A stretch of DNA of 64,000 bases from a virus. Lineage: Duplodnaviria > Caudoviricetes. How positions within the stretch are numbered: the stretch's first letter is position 1; every line of letters begins with the position of its first letter. Shown here one piece after another: positions 43,401-52,143 of this stretch. The position numbers and the translations under genes were made by a program. The notes under the pieces were generated by a model, which did not search any database, had not been told where the DNA came from, and saw nothing but the letters and a program-made list of their open reading frames with translations. The stretch lies in IMG/VR virus record IMGVR_UViG_3300027805_000006; one strand, written 5' to 3'.

Positions 43401-45253
43401 CTAACAAACGCAATATGCGTCCATTCATTTGCAGAAACTGCTGAAGATGCAGTGGTGTAAATGTCAGCACCATTTGTAAGACCGTTGTAATGAATGCTTG
43501 GAACACCAGCATTTAGGTGAACAACAAATTTTGGAACGGCACCCGGTCCACCTGAAGTTCCATAAATTCCTTCAATTCCACTTATGTTTGTTGCATAAAT
43601 CCAGCACTCAAATGTGAATGAACCAGAGTTCATATCCAGAGTGCTGCTATAAGGAATGCTTAGGTAGTTGTTATTTCCGCTGAAGTACCAACTCCAATTT
43701 ACACCCTCCGTAGAACCTGAAAATGGGTTTGTGCTGCTTGTAGTAGGAGTTCCATTCTTTGTTACCGTAAGTGAATATGGTCCATTGTCCTGCAGCACCT
43801 TGTCCTGCAGTGAAAGGAAAACTGTACCACCTATCAGCCGCGTCTTTGTAGTTTCTGGCGTAAAGGCAGTAGTATAAACCGCTGAGCCCTTCACAATGCG
43901 CAGATTTGAGATATAACCATTGAAGTAATTCGATCCGCCCGTACGTCTTCCAATGCTTAGACTTAGGTTGCTGTTGTTTACTACATTGGTGCTTATCGCG
44001 GTACTTGTCGCTTCAGCCTTACCATTTAGGTACAGCGTAAGTGACGTTCCATTTCTTACGAGCGCAGCGTGGTACCACAAATTAGAAGTAATAGTGGTTG
44101 TTGAAACCAGATTTACTTGAGAGGTACTGTTGTTATGTGCTACAATTGCCTGTAGTTTGTTTGCTGCGGTAAACAAAAAGGTGAATGCTGAGTTTGTATC
44201 ATCTCCACCACCACTTTCAAATTGACTTACAATCCAAGAAGTATCTACAGCACGAGGGTTGAACCAGAACTCAACCGCAAAGTTATCATTGCGGAAGTTA
44301 AATGCATCATTGTCAGCAACAGTAATGTAGTCTGTTGAGCCATCAAAGTCATATGACCAATTTTCCTGCTTTACTACCTTGAATGGAGAGAAAGAAGTTG
44401 CTGCAACGTCGCCATTGACGGTAAGTGCAAAGTTATTGGTGCTGTTGTCCTTTAGGTAAGGATTTTGAAGTGTCAGTAGCGATGTGTTTGCAACAGCAGT
44501 GAATGGAGAAGTTGATGGAGTAAAGGAAGAGGTATAAACACTGCTTCCATTTACTATTCTTAAATTTGAAACTAATCCTTGTAAAAAATACTCAGTTGGT
44601 GCAGGAACAGTTGGATCAGTTCTACTAATAGTAGTTCTTGGTGCTGCTGCAGGTGGGGCGTATGATGACATACTGGCAGCATTAATATCGATCACTCCAT
44701 TTACATATGTGGTGATAGTTTTTGCACTTCCATTATAAACAAAAGCAATGTGTGACCAAGAGTTTAAAGGAACTGTATTTGTTCCAGTTGTAAATTGTGG
44801 CGTTACTGATCCAGTTGACCATTCTACAACTAGACGTCTAGAAGAATCTATGTAAAATGCGGTATTATGACTTACGTTCCAACCACCACCAGAACCATTA
44901 GAAGAGAAAAGCAAACAGGATGCTGCAGCAGGTGTAACTGCAGGATTCAACCACAGTTCAATCGTCCAGTCAGCGTTGCTGTTAAGAAGTAAATTAGCAG
45001 ATGTAGCAGTTGTTAAGTAGTCACCATTCCCATCAAACTTATATGACCAATAAGGGCTGAAAGGTGAGAACGTGCCTTGGCTAGAGGAGGTATTTGTTAC
45101 TGCAAATAAATTATTCGACTCATCAAAGTACCTATCATTCGTGCTTTTTGCAAAACTATCTCCTGCAACTTTCATTACAAGATTTTCTGGCTTGTCCTCA
45201 ACTGTTGAGAGACTTGTTGGTCCAGTTCCCGCGGTGCTTCTTACTGAAAACAT
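40415..45253 (-). CDS. LamG repeat protein with C-terminal glycine-rich domain (1612 aa)
   Basis: Six LamG-like domains; ends with YKIHSFTSNG...LVGGGGGGG...GGSGIVIIRY glycine-rich module. Confidence 0.85.
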   Translation of the reverse strand: MFSVRSTAGTGPTSLSTVEDKPENLVMKVAGDSFAKSTNDRYFDESNNLFAVTNTSSSQGTFSPFSPYWSYKFDGNGDYLTTATSANLLLNSNADWTIELWLNPAVTPAAASCLLFSSNGSGGGWNVSHNTAFYIDSSRRLVVEWSTGSVTPQFTTGTNTVPLNSWSHIAFVYNGSAKTITTYVNGVIDINAASMSSYAPPAAAPRTTISRTDPTVPAPTEYFLQGLVSNLRIVNGSSVYTSSFTPSTSPFTAVANTSLLTLQNPYLKDNSTNNFALTVNGDVAATSFSPFKVVKQENWSYDFDGSTDYITVADNDAFNFRNDNFAVEFWFNPRAVDTSWIVSQFESGGGDDTNSAFTFLFTAANKLQAIVAHNNSTSQVNLVSTTTITSNLWYHAALVRNGTSLTLYLNGKAEATSTAISTNVVNNSNLSLSIGRRTGGSNYFNGYISNLRIVKGSAVYTTAFTPETTKTRLIGGTVFLSLQDKVLQDNGPYSLTVTKNGTPTTSSTNPFSGSTEGVNWSWYFSGNNNYLSIPYSSTLDMNSGSFTFECWIYATNISGIEGIYGTSGGPGAVPKFVVHLNAGVPSIHYNGLTNGADIYTTASSAVSANEWTHIAFVRNSTTWTWYINGVASGTGSNDTVITFTNQATYLGYGGEAYFTPFNGYISNLRVVKGSAVYTAAFTPSTSNLSAVAGTSLLALQNSTIVDNSTNAHSISTTGTVLPFNGNAFFSTGEKTTLPAHSVYFDGTGDYLTVADNTALDMEAASFTIECWFYPLTTPNSQTLFSKRASNAAFGGVQVGFGANTLFPSLLATVNGTSWSINIASTVAVALNSWNHIAAVRNGGGWQLYVNGVSGVSTTLGGTVPNNTAAFAIGAGAADGSTAINSSYISNFRVIKGVAVYTANFVPPVAPLDVTLVPSTVSLLTCQGTEIADGSPNNFTVTANGNAAVRKVSPFPLRETDIQVGSGLFAASNTDYLSVAGSSAFAITTSTTPFTIEAWVYPTASGGAIFSDQFTTGTNTVPITLSLSNGTGANNTTGLIPALGYYNGTSWVTAAVSTTAISLNQWNHVAAVFTGSTTKIFINGVDVTAGSPTPATTWGVTGANGDNWYIGRRWDNNATEYFSGHISNLRFVRGTAVYTAAFTPPTTPVGKIANTSLLLNFSSPGVFDTTGNSVLRKVGNAAASYLPSSGAYPKTGKTAIFFDGTGDYFGTQNANTAFGTGDFTVEFWHYPTISNSLYTFIDWRPSETNGQYVSLHRNASNQIVFVVNTTQGITGTTACTAGAWYHIALSRISGTTRLFVNGNLQGIYADTNNYTTPALRPLIGENSFATGTELTGVLDDIKVHRGYGKYSSNFYVSRVATPISAMVATGGTETTADGYKIHSFTSNGTLIVTSPGEFEYLLVGGGGGGGGGGLNVGGGGGGAGGFLQGTATITQTGALNINVGTGGAGGNPGAKGVDSLISSSEISIRAVGGAGGSNSNVTYATGGGSGGGVAGSGTAGTGISGPPRQGNSGATGVGTYGTTFCSGGGGGGAGANGSTGPGQGTGGSGGNGRISRINGTATTYSTGGNGAGANTGVGASGAANTGNGGGGGGGNAVAAGNGGSGIVIIRYKL

Positions 45254-45277
45254 AGTTGATCCTTATCAGTTAGGCAA

Positions 45278-47578
45278 TTACATATTCTGTGCGGCTACGA
45301 AACCTAGCCAAGAAGTGCCGGCATTATAGGTAACCAGCGTAATAACGTCTATCTTAGTTGCAGTTGCTGTGAGTGAAGGTGCTGTACCATTTGGCCACTT
45401 CACCGCTGCGGGCCACACAATTTCTCTACCACCTGTTGCATCCTGCGTTATATACAGCGTCATAGAATAGTTTCTTCCACTTGCAGGAATGTTTGAGAAG
45501 GTAAGCGTTGTGATGTTAGCAGACATCGTCACCGTAAAGTTGTTTGCTGTGGAGCAATCAATGTTGGTGGTGGCAGAAGCAGTAACTGAACCTTGGAACT
45601 CGTCGTACTTAGTAAATGATGAAGGTACAGATACTGTTTGCCAGGTAGGTGCTGCATTTCCATTGGACGTTAATACCTGTCCAGATGTACCATATGCAGT
45701 GCCAGTACTACCAACTGACCAAGCGCCAGTAGCTAGGATACGGAAGCGTTCTGTTAGTGCCGTAACGCCAGTTTTAAATGATACATAACCATTGGTGATT
45801 GGACCCGTATTTGCATTTGCAATGCCACCCGAAATAATCACTGAGCCAACACTCTGAGTAGCGGCTTGAGCGTTTGCAGATGAAATGTTACCACCAGTAA
45901 TGTTAACATTGCCACCATACACATCCATAAAAGCAGCAGAAGCAACGTTACCACCGTTGACATTAACATCTGGTATAAAAGTTGCACTGTTTGGCCCTGT
46001 TGAATTTCCGGCTCGCAATGTTAACCTGCCAGGCGCGCCGCCAGTAGTGTCACCACCTCGGACAACTACATCACCTGCATAGTTGCTTGTTGTGTCTGAA
46101 CCACGAACTGTTGTAACTTGCCGTGTTGATGAGTTACCTTGCGTTCCACCGGCAATGGTGATATTACCTGCAGGTGCGCTCGAGACAGCATTACCAGATG
46201 TAATATTTACGTCGCCTCCTGGTCCAAAAGTGTTAGCATTTCCGCCCTTCAATGTAAGTGAGCCACCAGCACCTGTAGCTGCAAGTGCACCCGCTTGGAC
46301 AGTTAGTCGTGCACCGACTTCAGAAGCAGATTGATTGCCTTGAAGTGTTACTGCCGCTGTTCCATCACCAAATGTGGTAGTATTACCAAATGAAGATGAT
46401 CCTGCTGCAGTCTGCCAAGTAGGTGCAGAACCAGAGCCATTGGAAGTTAGTACCTGACCTGATGTGCCAGTTGCTATGAAACTAGTTGCGCCAGCACCCG
46501 TTTGATATGGGATTTGATTAGCAGAACCGCCTGCCAGGTTTGTGGCAGTTGTAGTACTTGATACATTCTGCCAAGTAGGTGCTGCATTTCCATTTGATGT
46601 TAACACCTGACCTGATGTGCCATAAGCAGTACCAGTACTACCAACTGACCAAGCACCATTCTGAAGAATACGAAAACGTTCAGTTGAAGTTGTTCCAGTT
46701 GTAAAGGATATCATACCTCCACCAGCACCAGTTCCTGTTGCGCCGGCCGCCAGCATAATAGAACCGGCTAGATTAGTGCCAGTTCCAGCACCAGCATTAA
46801 TCCAAATCATACCACCTTGCCCGCTTGGCGCAGCAGCTGCATCGATTGATATTCCCAAACCATTATTTGCATTTGCACTTGAAGCTATATTCAGTTGTTT
46901 ACCACCACTAGTTTTAACAGTTGCGGTGCTTCCACTGCTTGGTGTCAGCGATAGTGTTCCAGTACTATTGTCCCACGTAAATGAAGCGCTACCCGTCAGC
47001 AAGTTTGACCCACTTCCGTAGCCAATGTACGTAGAGGTCAGAGCAGAAGAACCTGAACTAAACTGAGCAAATGTAAGGGCAGTTGTTCCAATTGTAATAG
47101 TACCATTATTTGTAAGTACCCAGCCGGTATCTGCCTGTGTAGTTCCCTCTGTCACAAAGGTGAAATCACCTGCCTTTACCTCTGTTGTTGGCGCGCCATC
47201 AAAATCAGTTGAGCGTGTCCAAGAACCAGAAGCAACGACATAGATACCGTTTTGGGAACCAGTGTTTTGGTTCTTTACAAGTACTCTGTCTCCTGCTACC
47301 AGCACCACTCCGTCAATCGTTTGCGCTCCAGATAGCGTAATGTTGGCTGTAGTTGCGGCTCTTACTGCCGGCTTAACGTTTAGACTATCAAAACTTACGT
47401 TTCCTGAGCCTACTGCCTGCCATTCAGTGCCAGTATAAACATATAGCCCTTCATTGGGGCTATCTGTGCGGTAAAACAGTTCTCCGGTAGTTGGTGATCC
47501 TGGGTTTGAAGTTCCACTTGCAATTGTCAAATTTGAAACTGCAGTGCCTTCAGCAAGTGAAAGTCCATCGTAAAGCAT
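45278..47578 (-). CDS. tail fibre/adaptor protein, paralog 2 (766 aa)
   Basis: Same N-terminal ~175 aa; I.GG beta-helix-like repeats; C-terminal VKWPNGTAP...FVAAQNM domain. Confidence 0.8.
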   Translation of the reverse strand: MLYDGLSLAEGTAVSNLTIASGTSNPGSPTTGELFYRTDSPNEGLYVYTGTEWQAVGSGNVSFDSLNVKPAVRAATTANITLSGAQTIDGVVLVAGDRVLVKNQNTGSQNGIYVVASGSWTRSTDFDGAPTTEVKAGDFTFVTEGTTQADTGWVLTNNGTITIGTTALTFAQFSSGSSALTSTYIGYGSGSNLLTGSASFTWDNSTGTLSLTPSSGSTATVKTSGGKQLNIASSANANNGLGISIDAAAAPSGQGGMIWINAGAGTGTNLAGSIMLAAGATGTGAGGGMISFTTGTTSTERFRILQNGAWSVGSTGTAYGTSGQVLTSNGNAAPTWQNVSSTTTATNLAGGSANQIPYQTGAGATSFIATGTSGQVLTSNGSGSAPTWQTAAGSSSFGNTTTFGDGTAAVTLQGNQSASEVGARLTVQAGALAATGAGGSLTLKGGNANTFGPGGDVNITSGNAVSSAPAGNITIAGGTQGNSSTRQVTTVRGSDTTSNYAGDVVVRGGDTTGGAPGRLTLRAGNSTGPNSATFIPDVNVNGGNVASAAFMDVYGGNVNITGGNISSANAQAATQSVGSVIISGGIANANTGPITNGYVSFKTGVTALTERFRILATGAWSVGSTGTAYGTSGQVLTSNGNAAPTWQTVSVPSSFTKYDEFQGSVTASATTNIDCSTANNFTVTMSANITTLTFSNIPASGRNYSMTLYITQDATGGREIVWPAAVKWPNGTAPSLTATATKIDVITLVTYNAGTSWLGFVAAQNM

Positions 47579-47647
47579 AGTGTTCTCCTAGAAATGGATA
47601 CTGTATATTTACGACATTTTTGAGGTTTATCTTGATATTTGCATAAT

Positions 47648-47677
47648 GCACATTGGCCGCTTTAGCGGCCAATGTGC
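47648..47677. terminator. 13-bp stem hairpin between fibre genes
   Basis: GCACATTGGCCGC-TTTA-GCGGCCAATGTGC. Confidence 0.55.
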
Positions 47678-47716
47678 TGGAACATAACGTACTATTTTAG
47701 TACGGGTTTTACTAGT

Positions 47717-49903
47717 TTAGAATAGATCATTCCAGATCGTTCCATTGTAGCAACGCAGCTTGTTGGATGTGCTATCATAATAAACATCTCCTGCTTCAGC
47801 AGATGCTGGCTCAGCCATTGGAACGTAACGCACGGCGCCATTTTCCTTAACTCGTACTCGCTCAGTAACTGTTGTTGTAGCAGCAGTGCTTAGCGAGATA
47901 TAACCTCCTGCTGCAGCAGAACGTCCGCCCCTAATGTTAACATTACCACCATTTGATGCAATGCCAGACAGTGATGCATTACCTGCAGTAATAGAAACAG
48001 AACCGCCAAGGCCGTTGGTATTAGTTGCAGAAAGTGAGCCACCGTTGATGAAAACGGCACCACCTCCACCATCAATTGTATTAGCGCCACCAGAGATTGT
48101 GACGCTGCCGCCGTTTGACCCACCTGAAATAGATGATGTACCACCAGTAATATTGATTGGCCCACCACCAGCGCCGGCGGCGGAGGTATTGGTGCCACCA
48201 GTAATGTTAACTGCACCACCAAGGAAGCCGCCGCCCGTTGAATTGCCTGCGGTAAGTGTGACTGCACCGCCATTAGCATTTGAAGAGTTACCGCCAACGG
48301 CTGAGACTGCAGTTCCAGTTGTTCCGCTTGTGCCTGCAAGGCTAGTGACTGAAAAAGTCTGCCAAGTAGGTGCTGCATTTCCATTGGAAGTTAGTACCTG
48401 ACCAGGTGTGCCATATGCAGTACCAGTACTACCAACTGACCAGGCGCCATTTGCTAGAATGCGGAAGCGTTCTGCTGATGCTGTTGTTAATACTATATAA
48501 CCAGCTGTTCCAGTACTCGTACCGCCTGCAATAGTAACGTTTCCACCTGCTAGTGCACCAGAAGAAATATTGCCACCTTGTATTTTAACATGTCCTGCAC
48601 TACCTATGGAGTTAGTAGCACTACCTAGAATTGTTAGCGTTCCTCCACCAACTACTCCACTTAGTGTTGTGCTTGCACCAGTGCCTGATGCACCAAGTTG
48701 AAGTGTATTTGCTGCTGATTCCCACGTAAAGTTGTTTGTTCCAGTTAATTGGTTAAACCCATTGCCATATCCGATATATGTGACAGTTAATGAAGGTGCT
48801 ACTGCAGACACCGCCTGCCAAGTAGGTGCTGCATTTCCATTTGATGTTAACACCTGACCTGATGTACCGTATGCTGTGCCTCCTGTGCCAACTGACCAAG
48901 CACCAGTAGCTAGGATACGGAAGCGTTCAACACCGGCTGCGGCTGCAACTTTACCAGTGGTGAATGAGACATAGCCGCTGTTCGCGAGCGTGTCCGAGCC
49001 ACCAGTCGCAAACAAGATATTTCCAGCAGAACCAGTCGCTGAATGTTGTCCAGTGGTGATGGTAATGTTACCAGCAGGATAAGCGTTCGAGCCCGAGCTA
49101 CCACCAGTAATTGTGACATCACCGCCACCTTGCGAAGCATTTGCACCCTGAATAGCCAACACGCCTGGTTTGGTATTCGCTGGTGAACTTGTGATAATAG
49201 TTAAACCACCGCTTCCAGCAGTAGTGCCAGTTGTGCTGCCAGCAATTACGCCTGCTGTTGCTGTTGTGCCGACACTTAATTTTGCTGCTGTATTGTCCCA
49301 CGTAAATGAAGCGCTACCCGTTAGCAAGTTTGACTCACTTCCGTAGCCAATGTACGTAGAGGTTAGCGCAGATGAGCCAGAACTAAACTGAGCAAATGTA
49401 AGGGCAGTTGTTCCAATTGTAATAGTACCATTATTTGTAAGTACCCAGCCAGTATCTGCAAAAGTAGTACCTTCGGTAACAAACACGAAGTCACCTGCCT
49501 TTACCTCTGTTGTTGGCGCGCCATCAAAATCTGCAGCGCGGGCCCAAGAACCAGAAGCAGCTACATAGATGCCATTTTGTGAGCCTGTAGATTGGTTCTT
49601 TACGAGAACTCTATCACCAGCAATAATAGAAACGCCATCAATTGTCTGTGTTCCAGAAAGAGTGATGTTTGCTGTTGTTGCTGCTCTTACTGCTGGCTTT
49701 ACATTTAGGCTGTCAAAACTTACGTCTCCTGAGCCTACTGCGTCCCACGATGCTCCAGAATAGACGTACAGCCCTTCATTGGGGCTATCTGTTCGATAGA
49801 ATAACTCACCAGTAGTTGGTGATGTAGGATTTGACGTGCCGCTCGCAATTGTCAAATTTGAAACTGAAGTGCCTTCAGCAAGTGATAGACCATCGTACAA
49901 CAT
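47717..49903 (-). CDS. tail fibre protein, paralog 1 (728 aa)
   Basis: Same N-terminus; Gly/Ser/Thr repeats; ends AGDVYYDSTSNKLRCYNGTIWNDLF. Confidence 0.8.
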   Translation of the reverse strand: MLYDGLSLAEGTSVSNLTIASGTSNPTSPTTGELFYRTDSPNEGLYVYSGASWDAVGSGDVSFDSLNVKPAVRAATTANITLSGTQTIDGVSIIAGDRVLVKNQSTGSQNGIYVAASGSWARAADFDGAPTTEVKAGDFVFVTEGTTFADTGWVLTNNGTITIGTTALTFAQFSSGSSALTSTYIGYGSESNLLTGSASFTWDNTAAKLSVGTTATAGVIAGSTTGTTAGSGGLTIITSSPANTKPGVLAIQGANASQGGGDVTITGGSSGSNAYPAGNITITTGQHSATGSAGNILFATGGSDTLANSGYVSFTTGKVAAAAGVERFRILATGAWSVGTGGTAYGTSGQVLTSNGNAAPTWQAVSAVAPSLTVTYIGYGNGFNQLTGTNNFTWESAANTLQLGASGTGASTTLSGVVGGGTLTILGSATNSIGSAGHVKIQGGNISSGALAGGNVTIAGGTSTGTAGYIVLTTASAERFRILANGAWSVGSTGTAYGTPGQVLTSNGNAAPTWQTFSVTSLAGTSGTTGTAVSAVGGNSSNANGGAVTLTAGNSTGGGFLGGAVNITGGTNTSAAGAGGGPINITGGTSSISGGSNGGSVTISGGANTIDGGGGAVFINGGSLSATNTNGLGGSVSITAGNASLSGIASNGGNVNIRGGRSAAAGGYISLSTAATTTVTERVRVKENGAVRYVPMAEPASAEAGDVYYDSTSNKLRCYNGTIWNDLF

Positions 49904-50001
49904 AAGCTACTCCTAGAAATGGATAAAGCAATGGATAAAGCAATAGATAATATTCTATTTACTTGTCCGCGTGTAATACCCGTGTAAAATACCCTGTTAT
50001 T

Positions 50002-51534
50002 TTACAATATTGCAAATGGCATAGGCTCATCTTCAGCGCCATCTGCATCTTCACTTGGGTCTACATATTCATTTACTCTCTTGAATGCCTCATCATTCCA
50101 CTCTGACAGGCGCTTAAGTAGCCGTACTATGCCAATAGTTGCCATCACCGCATCATCAGTAGCACCTATTTTTGCTTCATAGGTACCACCTTTTGCAGTA
50201 AAGTTCTTCAGTTCAAATAGCAGGTGCTCAGACTTTACGTTTAATCCACCAGCAGTTTTTTCAATAAGTTGCTTCAATTGAAGACAGGATAATATTTTTG
50301 TCTTACCAGTGGTATAAATTCCAAATTTGCCAGGAGCATCAGAAAAAAGTTCAGCATGCTCTGGCTGATTCTCATCGTTCTGATAAAGCGCTGATACTGC
50401 CTCACCAATTCCATTGCGCTCAAACGTCCATAAAACCTCTGCCCGCCCTTTACCAGAATTCGTGCTCAACTTGTTGATAATCCACTTTAACTTTGCGTAG
50501 AACAACGGGATATTCACGTCATTTGTACGGTACTCAGCAACTTGGTTAAGTGAAGGAAATTCAAATACCTCAATGACGCTAAAGTCATTTCCACTTCCAG
50601 TTGCAGGGTCGCAGGAAACAAGGTATGTTTTTCCAATACCACCAATTTCTTCAGGTTTAACCCAAAACTTGAAGCCCATATCGCTATGACTTGGCTGACA
50701 GTGCGCAATTTGCTGCAGCCGCATTGAGTTGATTAATAGCGCATCTGACGAAAGGAATTCGACGCCGACCTCTTGTCTAGTTTTAAGTATACCCAGTTGA
50801 CCCACCATAAGGTCCCAGTATTCATTACCTCTATCTGGGTGCTCTCTCCAATGAACCTCAAATGGAATATATCCATTTGTTCCGGCTCTTGCGCCTCTCC
50901 ACAGTTGTGCAAATAGTTCAGTATCTCCATTTGGCGTTGAACTGATAATTGCAGAACCACCAGTAGAAAGGGTGGGTGAAAGTGATGCCCACATTTCTTG
51001 CTGTATGCGCGCATTTACATAGGCAAGTTCGTCTAGATACAGCTTTGATACTGATAGACCACGACCAGTCTTTTCAGTTGTTGCTTCAGATATAATTCTT
51101 GAGCCATTGTCCATCTCAAGGTTATGACGGTTGTAGTACTTAACACCAGGCTTCAGCCAATTTGGAAGTTGCTCATATGCAAATCTAATTCTTGCCGCAA
51201 TTTCCAAGGCGTGTGATTGGTTCTTTGAAGCAATGAGCACTGTCACGTCATTGGTGAATGATGCGTACCATAGAAGATACATTGCAGTCGTAATCGTCTT
51301 TCCCATTTGGCGTGGCTGAAGTGTAAGCACGAAGCGATTTTCGTGCAGGTGACGCACGTATCTTTCTTGATATTCGTAGAGATCAAAACTGACGGTGCCA
51401 CGAGTTGGGTGCTGAATTCTAACATACTTTTGCATAAAGTAGACAGGGTCTTTCTTGCACTTCATCAACTCCATCACCATATCTGGTGTGTATTCATCTT
51501 CAGCAAATGCTCTTTTGATCTGAGTGTTTTTCAT
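50002..51534 (-). CDS. terL: terminase large subunit (T4 gp17-like)
   Basis: DPVYF...LYEYQ, PRQMGKT Walker A, GRGLS..LYLDELA Walker B, SSTPNG, CDPATG..DFS nuclease, DDAVMA. Confidence 0.96.
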   Translation of the reverse strand: MKNTQIKRAFAEDEYTPDMVMELMKCKKDPVYFMQKYVRIQHPTRGTVSFDLYEYQERYVRHLHENRFVLTLQPRQMGKTITTAMYLLWYASFTNDVTVLIASKNQSHALEIAARIRFAYEQLPNWLKPGVKYYNRHNLEMDNGSRIISEATTEKTGRGLSVSKLYLDELAYVNARIQQEMWASLSPTLSTGGSAIISSTPNGDTELFAQLWRGARAGTNGYIPFEVHWREHPDRGNEYWDLMVGQLGILKTRQEVGVEFLSSDALLINSMRLQQIAHCQPSHSDMGFKFWVKPEEIGGIGKTYLVSCDPATGSGNDFSVIEVFEFPSLNQVAEYRTNDVNIPLFYAKLKWIINKLSTNSGKGRAEVLWTFERNGIGEAVSALYQNDENQPEHAELFSDAPGKFGIYTTGKTKILSCLQLKQLIEKTAGGLNVKSEHLLFELKNFTAKGGTYEAKIGATDDAVMATIGIVRLLKRLSEWNDEAFKRVNEYVDPSEDADGAEDEPMPFAIL

Positions 51535-52109
51535 ACTTCTCTCTCAAAAAGAAAGTCTTCTATAAGCGAAATAGTTTTTTCGTGCATTACGACCTCAAAG
51601 TGGTTGGCTTTGACCTCTACCTTTTTTCCATATGGCAGCGCCTTTTGGCTGGCAATAGTTACAACGCTGTCATTTTGTTCAGAAGTGGTTGGCAAATTAC
51701 CGCCAACAGAAATAATTGATAGTAGTGGTGCCTTAATTTTCAGGGTGGTGAGACGGGAAATTGTTGCAGACCCAGGAGTAATGTCTTCAAAAACCTTCGG
51801 GTAACCAGGAACCCAGCGAAGGGCAATTGCTGCTTTTGAACCACCGAATGGTGCTGAAATGGAAACTATAGCCTTTACACGGTTTTGCAACTTCTCAGCA
51901 AGATAAACCGCTGCGAGCCCACCAAGTGAATGTGTCACAAATGAGAAGGGCGTTTTTGGTAACTGTTTCTCGATGTCAACAAGGCTCAGCGCAAATGGCT
52001 GATGACTGTCGAAGTTTATGGGAATAATTTCGTGTGCAGGAAGTTTGTTCTGAATATAATTAAACGACCTATGACTAGAATTAAAACCGTGAAGATAGCA
52101 GACTTGCAT
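51531..52109 (-). CDS. alpha/beta hydrolase (esterase/lipase-like)
   Basis: LHGFNSS oxyanion loop, THSLGG nucleophile elbow, PFGGS, DSVV, ANHF. Confidence 0.85.
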   Translation of the reverse strand: MQVCYLHGFNSSHRSFNYIQNKLPAHEIIPINFDSHQPFALSLVDIEKQLPKTPFSFVTHSLGGLAAVYLAEKLQNRVKAIVSISAPFGGSKAAIALRWVPGYPKVFEDITPGSATISRLTTLKIKAPLLSIISVGGNLPTTSEQNDSVVTIASQKALPYGKKVEVKANHFEVVMHEKTISLIEDFLFEREV

Positions 52110-52143
52110 TGAAAGTAGATAATAGTTTATCTACTATTTACTG

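Noticed and set aside
32795-49903. Diversity-generating retroelement or invertible cassette acting on fibre genes
   Set aside because: No reverse transcriptase, no adenine-specific TR/VR pair, no invertase or inverted gene copies; repeats are direct and coding.
49918-49950. Short direct repeat ATGGATAAAGCA x2 upstream of the fibre cluster
   Set aside because: Only two copies in AT-rich intergenic DNA; most likely a local slippage duplication.
20160-51534. Inteins or introns in nrdA, nrdB, uvsX or terL
   Set aside because: All are continuous and of normal length with motifs at expected spacing.
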